Notes: a model not told the origin generated them from the letters alone. DNA of 64,000 nucleotides from an uncultured delta proteobacterium (GCA_963823335.1 CAWGLD010000001.1:1376001-1440000), one strand, 5' to 3'; shown: positions 30,629-39,638, counted from the stretch's first letter. Made by a program: numbers and translations.

Positions 30629-32830
30629 TCAAAATTCTGCGAGGATTTCCTGGGCAACAGGAGGGAAAAACATGACATGGTGTTGGTCTCCATCAACAAG
30701 AAATATGTCGACAAATCCCGACCTCTCCAGAGCCCTTATCATACTGACCATAATGCAAGGTTGGGTTTCGTCATTCGGCACAATGCCCACATCATTCAAA
30801 TTGGTTAAAATAACAAAGGGTAATTTAATTGATAGAGAGGGGCTAAAGGCTCCGCTGGGCACATTCCCAAAAGTGACTTTTGCTTTACGGGCGGCCTGCT
30901 GCAAAGCGTTTTCATATAAATTTAAACGGAGCGAATCTGAAAAGCTTTTAGGACGATTGTGGGTCTTGCAGGTTCTTGAAAGAATCGAACTTCTCCACGT
31001 TTCGCGAATATTCTTTGCTGGATGATAGTAAATATTTGAGAAAAGTTTATTTGAAGGCGAGAGTAAAAATAAGAAATTCCGCAGCCATGGCTCTTGACTA
31101 AGGGCTTCAGAGAGTCGATTTTTTAATTCATCGGCCTTTTCATCAAATTTAACTGATGTCAGGTCTGCCTGTGTAATCTCTGATCTGTGTATACCCTTTG
31201 AATCTTCACTTTCTAGGAGATGATACATCAACCATTCATGAATTCGCCATTCAATGAGCCGATCCGTACTCAAATAAATCGGCTCCAAATGATGATATTC
31301 ATAGCTTTCGATATTGGTTTGCGCATAGCCTCTGAACCCTTCTCCACGCCCGGCAGCTATCACTGCAACTTTTGGGTTTTCTTCTTTATACGCGCTGAGC
31401 AACTCAAGAAGTTTTTTTGAAGAAGAAGGTGCAACTTCATCCAAGGAGTCAACAATGATAGCGGTAAAATCCATCTTGCTACTGATTTTTATTCTTTCTC
31501 CTTTGATGTCGTAAAAAAAACCATAGCTTATTAATAATTGGCCGAGGGTCTCGGTAGCGCTTTGCTTGGTTTCAAATAGATCTGAATCCAATCTTGGAAG
31601 GCAGCTGATAGCGACACTATTAATTATGAGATCATCCTCCATGGTTGAATGCGGGGAAGGCGTTGGTTCCTGCCTGCATTCAGGATCATCTTTTCGATTT
31701 TGAGCCCGAAAGGATTTGTCGAGATCAAGCATGGCTAATTTGTTGTTATTTGAAGGGCGCTCAGGATCGATTGCCGGACATGCCAACCATTTTAAAAAAG
31801 TAGATTTCCCCGTACCCGGTCCACCGGCGATCAATACAATTTTGTTGTTGGAATTATAGGGGTAAGTCTTTCCGTTTCTAATAGCCTCCGCAATGGTAGC
31901 AAGTGCCGGCTGATTTTTGGTATAGAGGCGGGCAAAATGTATGGGAACACGAACACCGCTGATAGATTTCACGAAAAGCGGTATATCATCGAAGCGCTGT
32001 TTATCGCCAAGGTATGTTAAATACTCCTGTTGCGCTGCTTGATATTGTTCTTTGTAAAGAAACGCATCTGCTTCACACTTGGGTGGGGGCTTCTTATCAA
32101 AAGATGGCTTTATCAGCAAAAAATAGACACCTGTTGACAGGAGGAGGAGAACGATCGCGGTAAAGAATAATTTTATTCGTCTATCGGAAGATTGTATTCT
32201 TTGATCTCCTGAGACATTCTCTGAAGCTGAATGTGTTTCCCCTCGAGCCGCCGGAGTTTTTACAGGAAGTAATTTGTTTATTGCTTCATCCACCGTTAAA
32301 ACCGATATAAGCTCTATTCCTTTTTGTAAGGTGAGAGCCTTTTTATCCGGTTCAATCTCTTCTTCATTCGCGGCCGGATAGAAAAATTTGTCCCCCTGTT
32401 GCAGGCAATCAATAGCGGCATCAAGCTTTTTGTTGATGCCATTAACCCTTCTGACCTTACACCCTGTTTCATCGATCGTGCCGGTTGCAGCAATCGAGCA
32501 TGTAAGGGATTGCCCCGTTTTGGCTCGATAAATCTCCTGGGCGAATTTCAAAGAAAAACCAAGACCCGCACTCGCCCCCAAAACTTTTGTGTTTACATCT
32601 GTATCGTCAAACCGGCACCGAAGATAATAGTCCTCTCTTTCGCCAATATAGTTCAATCTTCTGAGACTCTGGTAAGCACAATGGATCCCCTCGTCAGCAG
32701 AATTGCGAATTTGGGCATCTGATAGACTGGCGGGGAAGTCGATTTTAATGCGACACCCGGGATCGGAATCGTAGAATGAGTAAACTAACCGATTGGACGT
32801 CCCATCATCAAAGAGTGCATAGATATCCAT
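30629..32830 (-). CDS. Fusion of Lon-type (S16) Ser-Lys protease domain + single TM helix + P-loop (STAND/NACHT-like) NTPase
   Basis: GASAGL/IAATGTID/VNGINKKLDAA/YPAAN align by eye with [30 protein letters not shown] of the Lon in this window. TM segment LFFTAIVLLLLSTGVYFLLI; Walker A GGPGTGKST; Walker B IIVDSLDE. Confidence 0.8.
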   Translation of the reverse strand: MDIYALFDDGTSNRLVYSFYDSDPGCRIKIDFPASLSDAQIRNSADEGIHCAYQSLRRLNYIGEREDYYLRCRFDDTDVNTKVLGASAGLGFSLKFAQEIYRAKTGQSLTCSIAATGTIDETGCKVRRVNGINKKLDAAIDCLQQGDKFFYPAANEEEIEPDKKALTLQKGIELISVLTVDEAINKLLPVKTPAARGETHSASENVSGDQRIQSSDRRIKLFFTAIVLLLLSTGVYFLLIKPSFDKKPPPKCEADAFLYKEQYQAAQQEYLTYLGDKQRFDDIPLFVKSISGVRVPIHFARLYTKNQPALATIAEAIRNGKTYPYNSNNKIVLIAGGPGTGKSTFLKWLACPAIDPERPSNNNKLAMLDLDKSFRAQNRKDDPECRQEPTPSPHSTMEDDLIINSVAISCLPRLDSDLFETKQSATETLGQLLISYGFFYDIKGERIKISSKMDFTAIIVDSLDEVAPSSSKKLLELLSAYKEENPKVAVIAAGRGEGFRGYAQTNIESYEYHHLEPIYLSTDRLIEWRIHEWLMYHLLESEDSKGIHRSEITQADLTSVKFDEKADELKNRLSEALSQEPWLRNFLFLLSPSNKLFSNIYYHPAKNIRETWRSSILSRTCKTHNRPKSFSDSLRLNLYENALQQAARKAKVTFGNVPSGAFSPSLSIKLPFVILTNLNDVGIVPNDETQPCIMVSMIRALERSGFVDIFLVDGDQHHVMFFPPVAQEILAEF

Positions 32831-32835
32831 AGGTT

Positions 32836-33378
32836 CTATCTGTCGCCTGGTCGGACTGTTAAACATTTAAGGTTAACTGCATCCAGATTCTCTATCTCCT
32901 GAGAAGCTTTACCATGGAAGATGATACCTTCAAGACAGATAAGGCCCTGCCCATCCAGTAATTGGACGGACTTTCCTTCCAATGTCTTTTGGTAGCCTTT
33001 TCCCACCTCTAACACCACAAGACCCTTATCTGTTTCATGAATATTCCGTCTTATCGTAACCGAATATTTACCTCCCTCAAGTCGAAACTTCTTTGGCCAC
33101 TCTGTTTCTGAGGTAGCTGCCTTGGGCAGCGCAAAATCCCAGGCTTCGGCGTCTTTCCGGCACTCGATTAAATCTTTGATTTCCTGAAGACATGCGGGAC
33201 ACCTTGTCAGGTGGTTCAAGTGCGAGTCTTCCAATTCGATGCCCTGGGGTTGGATCAGCAGCTCATACAGCTCAGCAGAAGGTATATGTTTACCTGCATC
33301 TCCATTCAAACCATAGGCTTGCCATGTTTCTAAAGCTTCTTTAAGGGTAATTCGTTTATTCATATTTGTGTCTTTCAT
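32836..33378 (-). CDS. Zinc-finger (ZAS-type) anti-sigma-like protein with soluble C-terminal beta-rich domain
   Basis: HIPSAELYEL...HLTRCPACLQEI (H...HxxxCxxC), directly downstream of a sigma factor; no TM helix. Confidence 0.75.
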   Translation of the reverse strand: MKDTNMNKRITLKEALETWQAYGLNGDAGKHIPSAELYELLIQPQGIELEDSHLNHLTRCPACLQEIKDLIECRKDAEAWDFALPKAATSETEWPKKFRLEGGKYSVTIRRNIHETDKGLVVLEVGKGYQKTLEGKSVQLLDGQGLICLEGIIFHGKASQEIENLDAVNLKCLTVRPGDR

Positions 33379-33412
33379 TACAAGTTTAATTACAATGTAC
33401 CATTTAATCTGT

Positions 33413-34177
33413 TTAATCTGAAAAAATTTCTATAATGTCCGTTACACACCATCCTTTGCCTTCAAGGCAGTACTTCATCTTTCCCCTGGCTTTTATTTCG
33501 AGTCTGTGGACCTTATTAATGTCTATGGTAAGAATCTGAGCTGTCTTTTTAAGCGTTAACTCTCCTAAAGATCTTAATGACAAAACGGCTCTTTCATAAT
33601 GCTTAAGGGCATTTTTTAAACATTCATCCACGTCCTTCCAAAGTTCCCTTTTTGCTATTTCCGTTTGGGGGTCAGGGTTTTCAAAAGCGGGAAGCTCCTG
33701 TGTAAAATTCAATGGCCTCTTTTCGCCGGGTGGATATTTTGCCTCGAGGGAAAAACCAATTTTTTTAAGTCCCTGCAGTCTTCGCAATTCATTTTCCGAG
33801 ACATCCAAAGCCTCTGACAATTCAAAAGTCGAAGGTTTCCTATTTAAAGATTGAATTAACAATTTTTCAGCCTGATCTAACGCTTTTACAGCTGCCCTGT
33901 TTTTTTGGGTCAAGGGATCTTGTTTTCGTAGATAATCTTTAATAGCCCCATCAATGTAGAGACTGGAAAAGGTAGAAAAGGAAACACCTCTTCTGGGATC
34001 ATATTTGTTAGCCGCTTTTACCAAACCGATAAACCCTTCTTGAATAAGATCATTCAAATCGATTTTATTCCTGGCCGCTTCTGGAAAGTTATTATATAAT
34101 TTCTTGGCCTTATAGACAGCCAGTCCGTAGTAATCATCCAAATCAATGATTTGTGAAGAGGTCATGTGTCTTTTCAT
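33413..34177 (-). CDS. Sigma70-family alternative sigma factor, FliA/WhiG (group 3)-like
   Basis: Region 2 DLIQEGFIGLVKAANKYDPRRGVSFSTF...IDGAIKDYLR, region 3 LNRKPSTFELSEAL, region 4 HTH LTLKKTAQIL...VHRLE. Confidence 0.9.
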   Translation of the reverse strand: MKRHMTSSQIIDLDDYYGLAVYKAKKLYNNFPEAARNKIDLNDLIQEGFIGLVKAANKYDPRRGVSFSTFSSLYIDGAIKDYLRKQDPLTQKNRAAVKALDQAEKLLIQSLNRKPSTFELSEALDVSENELRRLQGLKKIGFSLEAKYPPGEKRPLNFTQELPAFENPDPQTEIAKRELWKDVDECLKNALKHYERAVLSLRSLGELTLKKTAQILTIDINKVHRLEIKARGKMKYCLEGKGWCVTDIIEIFSD

Positions 34178-34190
34178 CCTACATATTGAT

Positions 34191-34219
34191 GTTATCGAAC
34201 GGATTCAAAAAATTTATCA
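34191..34219 (-). promoter_or_regulatory. Island alternative-sigma promoter motif, copy B (autoregulatory)
   Basis: TGATAAA-N12-GTTCGATAAC on the minus strand, immediately upstream of the sigma gene. Confidence 0.65.
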
Positions 34220-34624
34220 GTTTTCATAAAAAAATACTTGAAAGAGTTTTTTTGATGCCTTCCCATGGATTTTCTTGTTTAAATAAATCGTGTTCTTTTC
34301 AGACTATTGGTATTGGGTCTTTTTGCGCTGCTACATGTCAGCTGAACGGGAATGCCTGGATAAGAAGAAGGTGTATTTCCAATGTTAGGGGAGCAACACA
34401 ATTATTACCTTATCATGCTTTATGCGTGCAACAACAGTCATTAAGGTACAGATAGTGTCTATTGTGTAGTTAAGATGTAACCTATTGTCAATATTAAAAT
34501 AAATTAGAAATGCCGCCAAAGACCCTCGTTATGTTCCCAAGATTCACGTTGTTACCGGCCCCTTAATTCAGATAGCCGCTATTAGGAAATAGTCCCATCT
34601 TATCGTTTATATTTAAGGCGGCAG

Positions 34625-34652
34625 TGAAAAAACAAGAAACTGGTTCGATAAC
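34625..34652 (+). promoter_or_regulatory. Island alternative-sigma promoter motif, copy C
   Basis: TGAAAAA-N11-GTTCGATAAC, about 90 bp upstream of the divergent operon. Confidence 0.7.
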
Positions 34653-34738
34653 CATACCTGAAGAAACGCATTGCCTGAAAGTTCATCCTGACAAATTTTC
34701 TGAAAAATTAAGGCACAGTTGATCGAGGAAAAATTTAG

Positions 34739-35618
34739 ATGAACAGCTTATTAGACGAAACTGCCATCAGAAAGAAGCTGCGATTAGATGCGCTTCAACA
34801 TCCCATGACGATTCTTCCCGCAGCTTTCTGCATTTTGTGGATCATCTATTGGGTGTTGTTAGAAGATATTATTGGCGGAGCTGGATACATCCTCATAATC
34901 ATTTTATCTTCAGCAGTGGTTGCTGCAGGCTCCTTCCTCTGGCTCTACTTTCATTCAATATGAAGATGCATATGCAAAAAGAATTAGCGAAATTGCTTAT
35001 CTCCAGGATCAGATTCAAACAGAGAAAAATGATGCAGATATTAAGCACTTGATCGTGGCTGTTCGTACCGGATTCAAAAATACGAATACAACAGATGGCC
35101 TCAATGCATTGACCGATTTGGTTCACGAATATCAAAAGATTCTCCAGGTTGTCGAATATAAGAAAGAAATCGATCCACTGGCACTCATTCATATTCCAGC
35201 CCTGGTAGAAGAGACATTCTTGCAAGGATTGAGTGTTCTCTCAGACGTCTTAGAGCTATCAAAAATTATACATAAACCTGACATAGATAATCTTGAAAAG
35301 AAATTAAAAGCCACTGAGAACGAAATCAAGTCATCGCGCCAGCATAAAGCTAAATCGGCACTTCTTAGAATTAAAATGGCCAGGGCCGACTCATATAAAG
35401 AAAGGTTGGATATGATAAATCAGCAGGTGTTGCGACATGACACCTTGCTTTACCAATGCACGAGTTGTGAAGCATCACTACATAAAACCCGTGTCGAGTT
35501 GACCGCACTTAAAACAGAGAATTCGGATACGAGCATAAATGAAGTAACCGAAACGCTTCGGCTGACTATCAAACAGGCACAGGAAATTCAGGAAGAGCTC
35601 AAGAGGCTTAGCCTCTGA
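34739..35618 (+). pseudogene. Two-TM + coiled-coil membrane protein (XpaC-like position before vWA/TelA), +1 frameshift near 34949
   Basis: ORFs 34739-34963 (2 TMs) and 34920-35618 (helical) join as LYFIQYE if one T is removed from CTCTACTTTCATTCAA. Confidence 0.7.
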
Positions 35619-35675
35619 CATGAGCCTCGTATTCTTTAAACAGGGGAATATATCAATCATGAAAGGAGGTGTACC

Positions 35676-37517
35676 GTGAAACGACTTACCAGAGCGATCA
35701 TTTTGGTACTTATTTTTGCGACGATTGGAGGGATTCTATTTCGTTTCCTCTGGCCTGGCGGGGAGCGCCTTACTATTGTTCACTGGACTACCGGTCACCT
35801 GATGCGAACCGGTTTGTTGCCGGAAATGGCTGCCGAGTTCAACCGAACTGTCCACAGAACACGTTCCGGTAAACGGATAGAGATCAAGGTTATCTACTAC
35901 GGTTCATCGGAGCAGGCAGAAGACCTGCTCTCTCGGGTAACTCGCGGCGTGCCTGTCGACCGAAACCGTCCAAATCCAACGATCGTCACACCGTCGGCAG
36001 CTCACTGGCTTGTGCCGGTCAATCATGCGGCTGGCCGCACCATCGTAGACCTCAAAACCGCTAAAAGCATCGCGCGGGCATTTATTGGCATCGTAACTTA
36101 TCAGGAAATGGCGGAATGCCTGGGATGGCCAGATAAAAAGATCGGTTATGCTGATATCGTAGCTCTGCGAAACGATCCACTCGGCTGGGCCGGTTATCCC
36201 TGTGCCAAGGCCGAATGGGGGCAACGCCCGCTCGTTGCCTACACCGATCCCATTACTTCAAGCACAGGTCGCAGCGTTTTGTTTACCCTGTACGCCATCG
36301 CCGCTGGAAAAGCTCCAGATCAACTGACCGTTTCCGATGTCAGAGATCCTAAGGTGGTTGACTACGTCAAACAATTCCAGAAACTGGTAGATCACTATAT
36401 GATCGGCACGACAGTATTGAATACAAAGATTCATCAGGGCCCTCGTTTTGGCCACTTCTTTCTCATGCCCGAGGACAACCTTATCCACCTGTATGAGGGG
36501 ACCGAACGCGCCTTCATCAATGGCGTAAAAGTGAGTGCTCCGCCCATCGAACAGCCGATGGTCATGATGTACCCGAAAGAGGGATCTATGGCGCGGAACA
36601 ATTGCGCCGGTATCGTTCAGGCATCCTGGGTGACTGAGGATCACGGGGAAGCAGCACATAAATGGGTTGACTTCCTCCGCGAAGATGACCAGCAGCGTGC
36701 CTTTATGAAGGCAGGTTTTCGGCCAGCGACGAATCTTCCCCTTTCGAGAACCATTAGCGGAAAATATGGATTGGATCCGACCCAACCGACCATTGAGTTC
36801 AATCCTGCGCTGATTGACCCTAAAGTTGCAGCTGCGATTGATGACGCCTGGGAAGACGTAAAAAGGCCTGCCATCGTAACATTCGCCATGGATACATCTG
36901 CTTCCATGCAAGGAGATAAGCTTACGCAAGCAAAAGATGGCATGATCCGGGCCCTGGACAGCATGGCAAAGAATAACCAAATAGGTTTCATTTGCTTCGA
37001 TTCGGAAGTTACCACTCGTATCCCAGTAGGTCAGCTTCAGAGGAACCGTTTCACGATTGCAAATACCTTAAAGGGGTTGCAGGCGCAAGGCGGAACGGCA
37101 CTCTACGACGCGATTAAAACGGCGGTCGAGATAACAGATGGAGCGCCCGGAGATGAAAATGCCATTCGTGCCGTGGTCGTCCTGACGGATGGTCAGGCAA
37201 ATCGAGGTGCGACTGCGTTACACGACCTCATACAGCTGATGTCTAATAGCGAGATCCCTATCCAGGAATTCAGAGGCTTTCAAGAGGATCAAACAGCTAT
37301 AGATGAACAGGGAAGACCCGTTAACAGGAAAAAAATTATCGGTACGACTTTGAGCATGGAAACCAACCACTCGGTCCAGATCTTCTTCATCGGGATCGGT
37401 GAAGATGCAGACATGGAGGTTGGCCGAATGCTGGCTGAGGCAACAGGTGCAGAATTCCAGGGAACGACCCAAAAGGATTTGGCTGGAGTACTCGAAGAAT
37501 TCAGTAAATATTTTTAA
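35676..37517 (+). CDS. Membrane-anchored solute-binding-protein + von Willebrand A domain protein
   Basis: N-terminal TM, SBP-type DPITSSTG/YPKEG/GFRP motifs, and vWA MIDAS DTSASM...GGTALYDA...VLTDG. Confidence 0.88.
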   Translation: MKRLTRAIILVLIFATIGGILFRFLWPGGERLTIVHWTTGHLMRTGLLPEMAAEFNRTVHRTRSGKRIEIKVIYYGSSEQAEDLLSRVTRGVPVDRNRPNPTIVTPSAAHWLVPVNHAAGRTIVDLKTAKSIARAFIGIVTYQEMAECLGWPDKKIGYADIVALRNDPLGWAGYPCAKAEWGQRPLVAYTDPITSSTGRSVLFTLYAIAAGKAPDQLTVSDVRDPKVVDYVKQFQKLVDHYMIGTTVLNTKIHQGPRFGHFFLMPEDNLIHLYEGTERAFINGVKVSAPPIEQPMVMMYPKEGSMARNNCAGIVQASWVTEDHGEAAHKWVDFLREDDQQRAFMKAGFRPATNLPLSRTISGKYGLDPTQPTIEFNPALIDPKVAAAIDDAWEDVKRPAIVTFAMDTSASMQGDKLTQAKDGMIRALDSMAKNNQIGFICFDSEVTTRIPVGQLQRNRFTIANTLKGLQAQGGTALYDAIKTAVEITDGAPGDENAIRAVVVLTDGQANRGATALHDLIQLMSNSEIPIQEFRGFQEDQTAIDEQGRPVNRKKIIGTTLSMETNHSVQIFFIGIGEDADMEVGRMLAEATGAEFQGTTQKDLAGVLEEFSKYF

Positions 37518-37590
37518 GAAAAGTAAGAAAACAGCATTGTTCCAAAAGGAGTTGTCGATAAGAAAATATCATAAATAGGAGGCAAGTAGC

Positions 37591-38760
37591 ATGGTTGCAA
37601 AAAAACAACACAACCGAAAAACATTGGATTCACTTTCTGTTTTGCCGGCTTTTGATGATCTATATGATGCAGATGGAAAGCCTCAGTCGGGATCCCAGAG
37701 ATTTGTCAAGGACATGGTGAAAGAACTCGAAGATGAATCAAAAGTGCTTGTCGCGCAATTGCGAGAAGCGAGCGGCAGCCACGAGCTTAAACTGATCGAC
37801 AGAATTGTTAGTATTGGTCTTAAAGCACAGAGAACTGCCGGGGCTGATTTGGATCTTTTACGGACGCGTATTCGGGATATGCTTACACAGGGGAAAACAT
37901 CCGATAAACTTTCAAACGAGCTTATTGGATTACGTATGGCGCTCAACGCGATAAATCCGCATGAGCTAATTAGAAATAATTTTGCTTCCAAATTGCTGAG
38001 CAAGTTTCCTTTCTTCAAGGTGTTGGATCCCGGTATAAAGGCGCTTAAAAAGATGGCAATCCGGTATGAATCGGTGTCCAATCAGGTTTGGATAATTGAA
38101 AAAAAGCTGCGTGAAGGACGGCTGATGCTTACCAGGGATAATCTTGAATTGAGAAAGCTTTATGAACAGATTGAAGAAAAACAGTCGCCTGTACAGAAAA
38201 ATGCATACCTTGGTGAATGTATTGTACAGCAACTGAGGGATGTTATCGAGCACACACAAGATCCGATGAAAAGGAACAGGCTGCAGAATGCCATGCATGA
38301 CGTGTCCATGAGGGTTCAAGACTTACGCACAATGGAGGAAATTTTTCTCCAATTTTTTGTCAGTATCGATTTGACCCGACAAAACAACTCAAGATTGGGC
38401 CAGGCTGTGGAACGAACACTAACACTTGCTACCAATCTCGTGGCAGTCGGCCTCGCAATCCAAACCGCTCTTTTCCGGCAAAAAAGAGTCATAGATGCCA
38501 CCCAGAAGACGCGGGAGTTTTTAGGAAATTTAATTGTCGCAAATGCCGCAACGATTAAACAGCATACCACCGATATTGGCGATGTTTACAATCAACCGGC
38601 AATAGCAGTTGAAAAAGTTACCAAAGCACATAGCGAAATTGTCGAAGCCCTGGAAATTGCAATTCAGCTTAAGCAGAAAGGCATCGATAATGCCCAAGAA
38701 AACATTGGGAAACTAACAAAAATGTCATCCGAACTTCAGAAGAGGATTGGCGTGCGGTGA
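37591..38760 (+). CDS. telA: Toxic anion resistance protein TelA family
   Basis: All-helical ~390-aa protein with RYESVSNQV..IEKKL..G...L.RDN..L and ALFRQK.V..A...T..F...LI..NA..IK TelA-like pattern. Confidence 0.82.
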   Translation: MVAKKQHNRKTLDSLSVLPAFDDLYDADGKPQSGSQRFVKDMVKELEDESKVLVAQLREASGSHELKLIDRIVSIGLKAQRTAGADLDLLRTRIRDMLTQGKTSDKLSNELIGLRMALNAINPHELIRNNFASKLLSKFPFFKVLDPGIKALKKMAIRYESVSNQVWIIEKKLREGRLMLTRDNLELRKLYEQIEEKQSPVQKNAYLGECIVQQLRDVIEHTQDPMKRNRLQNAMHDVSMRVQDLRTMEEIFLQFFVSIDLTRQNNSRLGQAVERTLTLATNLVAVGLAIQTALFRQKRVIDATQKTREFLGNLIVANAATIKQHTTDIGDVYNQPAIAVEKVTKAHSEIVEALEIAIQLKQKGIDNAQENIGKLTKMSSELQKRIGVR

Positions 38761-38785
38761 AAAAACAGACAAACGGTTCGATAAC
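38758..38785 (+). promoter_or_regulatory. Island alternative-sigma promoter motif, copy D
   Basis: TGAAAAA-N11-GTTCGATAAC whose first three bases are the telA stop codon; about 60 bp upstream of 38846. Confidence 0.7.
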
Positions 38786-38845
38786 AATAAATGAAAAGGA
38801 GAATGGAATAATCATGAGAACAGTATTGCAGGGAAAGGAGAGAAA

Positions 38846-39166
38846 ATGGTCCACAATGTCAACTCTGCCGGTATGATTATGGCCATGCATCTGGTGGCAA
38901 GTTTTCTGCTGCAGGCGTTCGCAGCCCTTTATGGCCTCATTGCAACCAAGGAATTGATGGGAGGTATGGTGGGTTTTTTCGCAGGGGGTTTGATAATGAG
39001 AGGTCTTTTCCGGAATTTGATCCCTACGAAATGTCCAAATCCAGCTTGCGGCGCCTTTACGGCTTACCAAAGCGGCTCCCAGCCGCTCACGTATGTATGC
39101 AGAACGTGCGGTCATGAGCATGTCACCACCATTTCTGAAGGAGGCAGTGAAAATTTTCACTTCTAG
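38846..39166 (+). CDS. Small two-TM protein with C-terminal Zn-ribbon
   Basis: Two hydrophobic segments followed by CPNPAC...CRTC; SD AAGGAG. Confidence 0.65.
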   Translation: MVHNVNSAGMIMAMHLVASFLLQAFAALYGLIATKELMGGMVGFFAGGLIMRGLFRNLIPTKCPNPACGAFTAYQSGSQPLTYVCRTCGHEHVTTISEGGSENFHF

Positions 39167-39575
39167 ATTTGGCTCATCTATATTTGTCGGCGTATTGCTT
39201 ATAACAATTTCAGCCATAGCTCTTTGTTCAGACCTTCCAACCAATCATTAATGGCAGGAATTTCTAATTTAAATATTGCCTGAAAGACTGCCTGCTGCGG
39301 AGGCAGGTGGTCGCTTGGGCATCAAAATAGCAACTATCTGAAATACTGGCCAATATATTATTATGCCAATAAATTCTATCGAAACAGTAAAAATTCATTT
39401 TTAATATTTCCAGTAGGTTAGAGAAGGAGAAAAATTGTCGAAAAGGAGAGAGGGGTACCTATTGGGTGCCCACCGGCATTATGGCATGGAAAATAGCATT
39501 CATCATAAAACTATCTGAAATAAATCCTTTTAGCGTTATTTCCTCAATTTTTTCTGTTAAAAAAATTATTGTCAA

Positions 39576-39638
39576 TGAGTCAATTATAGTCTATTATCGA
39601 CTCAAAATCTGAGCTGATAAAAGGAGCGAAATGACTCA
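39576..39638. promoter_or_regulatory. Tandem 29-bp inverted-repeat operators upstream of the Fic gene
   Basis: TGAGTC-N17-GACTCA (39576-39604) and TGAGCT-N17-GACTCA (39610-39638, covering the SD and ATG). Confidence 0.6.

Noticed and set aside
37535-37562. TGTCGATAAG upstream of telA as a fifth promoter copy
   Set aside because: It is a partial -10 match only, with no GAWAAA element at 11-12 bp spacing.
39376-39405. TTTCGATAGA on the minus strand as another promoter copy
   Set aside because: The upstream element is poorly matched and no credible gene lies downstream.
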